Below the pieces are notes generated by a model, which worked only from the letters and a program-made list of their open reading frames with translations, was not told the origin of the DNA and searched no databases. The position numbers and the translations under genes are program-made. A stretch of DNA of 59,883 bases, counting the filler, from Squatina squatina (taxonomy: Eukaryota), in the NCBI GenBank assembly GCA_031763465.1. It is 3 parts of 3 records of this genome, joined end to end, with 100 filler letters (N's around TTAATTAATTAA, not from the genome) between each part and the next. Parts side by side here need not be neighbours in the genome. Positions count along the whole stretch, not along the records: positions 40,539 to 59,883 come from JARFOE010000073.1; 2 more parts are not named here. One strand, 5' to 3'. Positions within the stretch are counted from its first letter, which is position 1. Each line of letters opens with the position of its first letter. This document shows positions 52,201 through 59,883 of this stretch, one piece after another.

Positions 52201-53918
52201 TTGTTGTATTACTTGTTGAAATTACTGAATATGGATGCTCATTTTGTGTAGAAGTTTCTGTAATAAAATGTGGAATAGTNNNNNNNNNNNNNNNNNNNNN
52301 NNNNNNNNNNNNNNNNNNNNNNNNNNNNNNNNNNNNNNNNNNNNNNNNNNNNNNNNNNNNNNNNNNNNNNNNNNNNNNNCACAGGAAAAAGTTTATGGTT
52401 AAAATGTGCAAGGGTGTGGAAGTGAGCTGAACTTAGCATATCTGGAATAGGGAAGGGCTTGCTGCAATTCATCACGTGCTTAGCTCAGTTCAGCTACATT
52501 CTGCACCAAATTCCACTGTGAAGAATAAATAGAAAAGCAGACAAGCCATATGCAGTCTTTCTAATCAACAGCCAGGAAACAACATATGACCTAGACAATG
52601 TTATTACAGGACAATTAAAAACACGGAACGGTGAAAATGTTATGATCAAAGAATAAAAGTAAGTCAAGTTGTGCACTTCATTAGAAAAAAATTGAAACAG
52701 ATTTATTTATCTTGCAATTCCAAATATAATCTTTACTACAACCCCACTTAGTGGATATTTGTTAGGCCCAGTGTAACTGAAAGGAACTTAAAAGGCAAAT
52801 TCTGAGCCAAGATGTATGAGATGCAAGATGGTACTAAGGTTATGAGAACTTTTGCTTCAGCTTTTTCTGAAAAAACACTGGAAGGAGGGAGAGGATTGCC
52901 AAGATCATGAGAACAAAGACTGAATTCCAGGAAACAGCCTCTCCTGCCGTCGTAAGTTGGTAAAGGGTTGTACCAGCTTTAATAGCCACAAACGATGGAG
53001 GTGCTACACCTGAAGGGAAACAAAAGGAACTGGATTAAGATTCTCTTCAGTGGCAATAGCCTATAATATCCATGTCATNNNNNNNNNNNNNNNNNNNNNN
53101 NNNNNNNNNNNNNNNNNNNNNNNNNNNNNNNNNNNNNNNNNNNNNNNNNNNNNNNNNNNNNNNNNNNNNNNNNNNNNNTTTCCAGCATTTTTTGTTCGTA
53201 TTCTAGATTCCAGCATCCACAGTATTTCGCTTCTGGGAAAAAAAAATGGGGGCACTCTTCAAAGGTTCAGCAGATAAAAACAGTGTTTCATACAAGTCAG
53301 AAAAGTGTCAGTATTGATCCGGCTACTGTAGGCTTTTGTCAGAGGAGGGAGTATCCTTGTGAGCCAACAGATCTACCGTAATCTCCATAGAGAAGAGAAA
53401 GTAAAAATGCTGTTGTGATTTTATCTACTTAACACTCACTCAAGTGCTGATCTGTACAAAGTCTAACTATTAACAATGAAACGTGTTTTCTAACATTCTA
53501 CAGCTCTCATCTGGGGAATGAGGTCATCTTACTTTTATACAGAAGGCATAGAAAGGCAATGTGAACAGGAGATCCATTGTATTTTTTTCCCCCAAGCATT
53601 TTAACATTTATTTTTATCATCTGCTTTCAGCTCCCTCCGCAACTACTCCCTAGCATTGAGGGCTTCACCATTACGACTTCAGCCTAATGCTAAGAGTTAC
53701 GACTGCAGCATAGGTAGACTCTCCCAGCGATTTTTCCCTCCTTCCTTGTGCAGATGTGCCTCCATCAGGGCACCATCAAAATCAGGACATTATGCGAGTA
53801 TAAACCCATGCATTCTTCCACAGTAAATTGGGTACAAGCATGTTGCACAACTCAAAAAGATTAGAATCTATTTAGTAGACGCTCCACCCGTTTATTACGC
53901 AGGCATGGCACTGATGCG

Positions 53919-53927
53919 AAAGGATAC
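53919..53927 (-). promoter_or_regulatory. U12 (minor spliceosome) 5' splice site GTATCCTTT
   Basis: Perfect U12 donor consensus directly after the TMEM41B exon; TMEM41B is an established minor-intron gene. Confidence 0.92.
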
Positions 53928-54056
53928 AAAATATATGTGGTAAAGTATGCCACCAATACTTGCACATAGTAGGTGTCCTTGTATTTGGAAAGAACCTTTC
54001 CCAGTGCCTTTGCATCATCCATGTCTTTAGGAATTACAATGGTCTTTCGCTCCTCT
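53928..54056 (-). CDS. TMEM41B: TMEM41B (Stasimon) exon
   Basis: EERKTIVIPKDMDDAKALGKVLSKYKDTYYVQVLVAYFTTYIF; 129 nt; caatag| acceptor; ends at a U12 donor. Confidence 0.95.
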
Positions 54057-54169
54057 CTATTGAGATCCAAAAAGAGAATAGCAAGGTTAATAAGCAGCTT
54101 TAAAGGGAAATATTTTTAAAATGCCATTACTTCATGGAAAATAACACATTTTCTCGAAAAGCATTTCCA

Positions 54170-54600
54170 TAGGATTACATAGATATACGACACAGAAACA
54201 GGCCATTCAGCCCAAACAGTCTATGCCGGGGTTTATGTTCCACTCAAGCCTCCTCGCATCTTTCCTCATCTATTCGCTCCAACCACTCCCTGTGGTAGTG
54301 AGTTCCACATTCTCACCACTCTTTTGGTAAAGAAGTTTCTTCTGAATTCCCTGTTGGATTTCTTGGTGACTATCTTATGTTGATGGCCTCTAGTTATGTT
54401 CTTACCCACAGGTGGAAACATTCTCTCTGAATCTACTCTATCAAAACCTTTCACAATTTTAAAGACTTCTATTAGGTCACCCCTCAGCCTTCTTTTCTCA
54501 AAAGAGACCCAGCCTGTTCATCCTTTGCTGATATGTATACCCTCGCATTTTTTATGTCATCTTTGTAAAACTTCTCTGTGCCCTCTCCTTTATCCTTTTC
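54170..54600 (-). mobile_element. CR1 LINE 3' end
   Basis: MKGFDRVDSERMFPPVGKNITRGH...FRRNFFTKRVVRMWNSLPQ plus 3' UTR. Confidence 0.88.
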
Positions 54601-55878
54601 ATATCAGGTTTGAATCATACAAAAAGGCCATTTGGCCCATCAAGTCTATGCCAGTGTTTTTTTCAACACAAGCCACCTTGTTTAATCTTACATTACTGAT
54701 CGTTCAGCATGCTCTTTACTATTCCTCTTTTTCAAACAACTATCCAGTTCAATTTTAAAAAGAATTTATGGACTTTGCTTGAAGAACCTTTTTTGTGGCA
54801 GAGATTTCCACATTCTAACTATCCTTGTAAAGAGTTTTTTCTAACCTTCTCTCATCTTAAATGTGTGCCCTCTCGTTACCATCTTGCAGAGCAGTGAAAA
54901 CAATTCACCACTATTTATTTTATCATAATCCTTCACGATCTTGAAGAAAGTCATCACTTAACTTTCTCAATTCTAGTGAAGCAATCCTTAACTTCTAAAG
55001 TCTATCTTCATCCCTGGCAACTTTCTAATGAATCTATGCTAAACCTTTGTCATTCTTTTTATATGCTTATATTGTGGAGCCCAAAACTTCACAGTACACC
55101 AACTGCAGCCTAACTAATGCCTGATACAAGTTCAACATTAGCTCCTTCCTTTTCTTTTCTATGCCTCTTAAATACAAAACCAAGGGTTCAGTTTGCCTTT
55201 TTATGGCCTTATCTATTAGCATTGTCATATTTTAATGAGTTTTCTGGACATGCAGGTCCCTCTGCACCTCCGCTTTCTTTAAAACTTTACTACTGAATAA
55301 ATTCAATGTCATTTGAAACACTCCTGATAATTCAAAGTCATTACATGCTTAAAAAAATTAACTATCCAATAATTTGAGTTAAGCAACATAAATTACATAG
55401 GAAAGTTAAGAGTCTAGTGCTTAAAAATGATTTATAAGATCATTTGAGTTAAGCAACTTTGAATTTCCCTATTCTTCCAAAATGCATTATTTCACATTTC
55501 TCTGTGTTGGACTACATNNNNNNNNNNNNNNNNNNNNNNNNNNNNNNNNNNNNNNNNNNNNNNNNNNNNNNNNNNNNNNNNNNNNNNNNNNNNNNNNNNN
55601 NNNNNNNNNNNNNNNNNGATTGGGGTGAAAGTGTATTGAGGTTACAGCATATTGTAGGGATGAGGTGGAGTAAAGGGGGCTTTACATTGCATCTAGCTGT
55701 GCTGCAGGCATGGTGGGCGTATTCGTTGTTGACATCAGATGACCAAGCTGGAAATCTTCCTCAGCACTGATTCCTCTTGCCCTAATATGAAATTGTAATC
55801 TACACTTACATTTCTTAAATGGTTGCTTCACTTGTGTATGTATGTTTAATAGATTCTTTTAATTTTTGTACATTACAG

Positions 55879-55960
55879 GCCAACAAAGCTGTTACCTTTG
55901 TATCAACTCTGCTTCAAATTACAATGTCAGACCAACTGGATTTGCCTGTGAGGCAAGCAG
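55879..55960 (+). CDS. IPO7: Importin-7 exon 2
   Basis: ttacag|[27 protein letters not shown](G)|gtaagt; 82 nt. Confidence 0.92.
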
Positions 55961-57510
55961 GTAAGTGATTAACTGTCCAGAAACAGTACAATGGAGTCCA
56001 AAGCAGCTCTAAGTTGGATGTTCCATATTACTGGCTATATGTTGTCCCAGATGCTTGTATGTAGCTTCTGAGTAATATCCTTTTTGATCTGGTATGATTA
56101 TTTACCACATGCAGTTCTGCATATTGCATTAGAGTCTGGTCAATAGCAAGAAATAATTTGGAAATCTAAAAATGTAAGTATATTTCCTGGATGTTCAAAA
56201 TATGTCCGAATGAGTGTAGGGAAGAGAGTGAGAAACTTGGTGCTAAATCATTCCACATCCCACTATTTGAAAAAGCTGTAATCCATCTCCTTTTTAACTA
56301 GTCATTGCCCAAGTTTTTGAGCACCCACCTAATAATAACTCTTTGGCCTAGTATCCATTTTCTTTGTGGTTATTTTGAAGTACCTGTGTGATGTTCTTTA
56401 AGGGTCTATATAAGTGAAAGTTTATTGCCAAAATATGGTGGAACTACACCTGACTAGTGTGGAAACATGGTTTTATAGTTAAGCTTAAGTAAACATGGAA
56501 AACTTTGTTACTAATCTATTTTGCTTACTGAAGACATTTTCTCGCTAGTGTCATTCAATGGACAATATGAAAGCTTACTGTTTGCACATGACATCATTTA
56601 GCGCTTTGGTACAGTGCCAGAACTGTGCACTTCCTTCCTTTAAAAAAAACATTGGATTTGCTCTTTATCCCTCAGACTGCAAGTCCTGGAAATAGACTTT
56701 CCATAAACCAGATAGCTTTGTAAGTTGGAATAAGGGTAAATAGAGTAATTCAGCTACTAAAGTATCAGGTGTCGCTTGATTGTTTAATATAACCGTTAAA
56801 CTGCAAAAATGATGCCATATTAATAAACATTTTAAGTATCCTAATTTGGCCCCTCTCTTTCCCCCATCCTGTTTATTTTCTCATTGCCTATACTAATTAT
56901 ATAATTTTACTTTTTTTTCTTTAATCTGTCTTCTCATTTTTCACTTGAAGCTAACTTTAAAAATACTAGTTGCTTTATTTATTTAAGTTTCTCTCTAGAG
57001 TCCCATTGTCCATTTTGGAGGTGGCAGCTACTTTTATATAAAAAAAAAGGTATTCTAGGTGGAGGAAGCACCCTTAACTTTTCAGTTTTTTTTTTAAAAG
57101 TCCGAACAGGAAGGGGAGAAGACTTACTCATAGTGGGTATGGGCAATGTCCAGTGTTGCACTAAGCAACACTAACCATGTTCAGTTCCCAGTCTCTGTTG
57201 AGTTGGCTGCTTTCAGCTGGGGTTTGAATTTGGTAGCTACAAATGCCATTTGGCCCAACAGGTCCATGCCAGTTTATGCTCCACACGAGTCTCATCAGAC
57301 CCTACTTCATCTAAACCCATCAACATATTCTGTTCCTTTCTCCCTCATGGCTTATCTAGCTTCCCCTTAAATGCATCTATGCTATTTGCTTCAACTACTG
57401 CTTGTGGCAGNNNNNNNNNNNNNNNNNNNNNNNNNNNNNNNNNNNNNNNNNNNNNNNNNNNNNNNNNNNNNNNNNNNNNNNNNNNNNNNNNNNNNNNNNN
57501 NNNNNNNNNN

Positions 57511-57640
57511 GGATCAGGGGGTATGGAGAGAAAGCAGGTACGGGGTACTGAATTGAAAGATCAGCCATGATCGTGTTGAATGGCGGTACAGGCTCAAAGG
57601 GCCGACTGGCCCACTCCTGCACCTATTTTCTATGTTTCTA
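57511..57640 (+). mobile_element. CR1-type 3' UTR tail
   Basis: gatcagccatgatc...gaatggcgg...cctattttctatgtttcta tail; related opposite-strand tails at ~20865-20925, ~48555-48696 and ~57245-57410. Confidence 0.7.
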
Positions 57641-58103
57641 TTCACACACCTGATTGCTATGCAGTAACCCCTACTGGATACAATTGTAAATTTCTCAAGT
57701 GTACATTGGGCTGGCACTGTTAGCTCATGATAGAATAGTCTGCCAACACACTGAGGCTTATGCATGCATTATGGCTATTTGAATTGGGTTCTTAATCGCA
57801 AATTGCACCAAAATGAGCTTTAAGAGGAAAATAGAAAGAACTGGGTAACTTTATGAAAAAATTCTTAGAGGAATAAAGGAAAGGGAAGTGTGCACATAAA
57901 GTGCTGCATTGATGTAATCTGTGTTTAGCTGGTGGGCAAATGCTGTAGCAAAGCTATTGTATTTAGGCACCGCATTTTGGCTCTACTGAGTTTAAAACTT
58001 GAATGTAACTTGTCTGAAGCTTAAACACAATTACATTTTAGAGTTTATTTGCATCTGTTATTTTGTTACAAATTTATAGAACTGAGGCAGTTTGTTTTTG
58101 TGA

Positions 58104-58313
<210 letters not shown>

Positions 58314-58881
58314 TAAGTTATTCATATTTTTGGTTCTGAATAGTTTTCCTATCTGCTTTTTGGACAGTTCAGCTTGAATATGCCAAATAGTACTTTGTTT
58401 AAAATCTGTGTATTTAAGGCTCCACCTCTTTCTTCCTGCCCCCCCCCACCACCTCTCTCACACCTTTCCTCGTTCTCCTCCTCCTCCCCCTACACCTATC
58501 CTGATGATATTTTGATACTGTAGTAATTATTCATGCCTATGTAGCATTTAAAGGTGAAGGAGTGAGGAGTATTTTTGTATTGAAAGTAAAAGCACTAAAA
58601 TTATTCAAATGTTTACAAAAGAAAATGTCTAATGCCTTGCCTGTAGGTCACTCTGTTACTGATTGGGTAGAGCACTGTATCCTGAAATGGCGAGATCAAT
58701 TGTAAAGAGCACTACAACTTCAGACTGATCTAGAAAACAATCATACCAGGGAAACTGATATTGATTGTTCATTGTAGCAATGTTAGGCCCAATGAGGGAA
58801 TGTATATTTCAAGTATAAGAATATTCTTCTGGTGCTGCACTTGTATTTTGACATGTAGCTTTACATATTTTGTATACACAG

Positions 58882-59038
58882 ATATAAGAAACCAGAGGAA
58901 CGTAGCCCATTGGTGGGAGCTATGCAACACTTTTTGCCTATGATGAAAGATCGTTTTGTCCAACTTCTCTCTGATCCTTCAGACCACTCTGTCCTCATCC
59001 AAAAACAGATCTTCAAAATTTTCTATGCACTTGTTCAG
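58882..59038 (+). CDS. IPO7: Importin-7 exon
   Basis: [52 protein letters not shown]; 157 nt; in phase with the previous exon. Confidence 0.96.
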
Positions 59039-59189
59039 GTATTATAATACAAAATGAAGTGCATCTCCTATACTCTGTGCTTAAAATATTAACTGTATCG
59101 GTGTACTGGTTCCCGAACCCAGTAAGGGTCTTTGAATATGGCTGTGCTATCCCTAAGCTCAATTGTGTAACTGTTAAAAGCAAGTTCAA

Positions 59190-59650
59190 TACCAACTTTG
59201 AGTTTACGTGGCGGCCGACCCTCCTAAATAGTTTACCTTGTGCCATGAATACCTGCCAGTTGTCGTTGAAGTGCAGCTTCTCCATCTTGCAAAGATCCTG
59301 AAGCCACATGTTGAATCCAATGATCTTGCTGTTCCCCTCTGATGATCTGGTCATAACTGGTAGCGGCTGTGAGACTACTACCCCTGCACCCTTGTTCTGC
59401 AGGTCAGCTACAAGGTTTCTGTAGGTATCCTGCAATACGAAATGCTTTTTATTCATGTCATTAGTACCAATATTTAAACCAACCACAATACCCTGATACT
59501 TGCCTCGCGTGAGGATGTCCACATGGTCCTGAAGAACTGTGAATCTGCCCCCTGGGAAACAACAGACTGCTCTGGATAGAGCCTTGCATCAGCACAGGCT
59601 ATCTGTATGTTGCACGATGGAATCCTTATGAGGATCGCACGTTGCATCTC
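59190..59650 (-). mobile_element. LINE (CR1/L2-group) ORF1 SGNH-esterase remnant
   Basis: AILI-(frameshift)-DSIV...VCCFPGG...NIGTND...FRRVGRHVN correspond to SGNH blocks I, II, III and V; has a frameshift and a stop. Confidence 0.8.
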
Positions 59651-59883
59651 CTGTGTTCTTGGTGACTGATTTTGTTGCAATTCCCTTGCCTTTTCTTGGA
59701 GGTTGTTGTGAGCAGTGAGTGTCATCAGTCGGGGTGGTGCTGATGCCATTGCATGTAGAATCCCCTAAATCACAGGGGCAAACTTGTTTGGGGATGCAAT
59801 GGAATCTAAAGTAGAGAAGGATTCACTTAACATGGGAAGATTAAATTAAATTTAATTTAATAAGTTATACATGCTGGTATTGT

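Overview
Vertebrate genomic DNA from a fragmented draft assembly. Protein divergence and the CR1/L2/RTE/SINE content suggest a cartilaginous fish (inference). The window is three unrelated scaffolds joined by an artificial 44N-TTAATTAATTAA-44N spacer at about 20.9 kb and 40.5 kb. Each scaffold is made of small contigs separated mostly by 100-N or 10-N gaps, so gene lengths and exon sets are incomplete. Segment 1 (1-20925) has exons of a multi-PKD-domain polycystin-1-family gene (-), four exons of a cordon-bleu (COBL-like) gene (+), and the start of a CREBBP terminal exon 1.2 kb after a COBL exon with no gap between them. Segment 2 (21026-40438) has five PCDH15 exons (+) and an unidentified antisense terminal exon. 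Segment 3 (40539-59883) has eight DENND5A exons (-), a TMEM41B exon with a U12-type donor (-) and three IPO7 exons (+), the same trio found at human 11p15. Intronic DNA contains CR1, L2, RTE and Penelope-like fragments, an SGNH-esterase LINE ORF1 remnant, an old SINE-like family and MITE-like elements. I found no convincing new multi-gene system. The best leads are the in-phase COBL/CREBBP juxtaposition, a possible extra polycystin-1/cordon-bleu paralogue pair, and the orphan antisense exon; any of these could be an assembly artefact. Comparisons to human proteins are from recall, not database searches.
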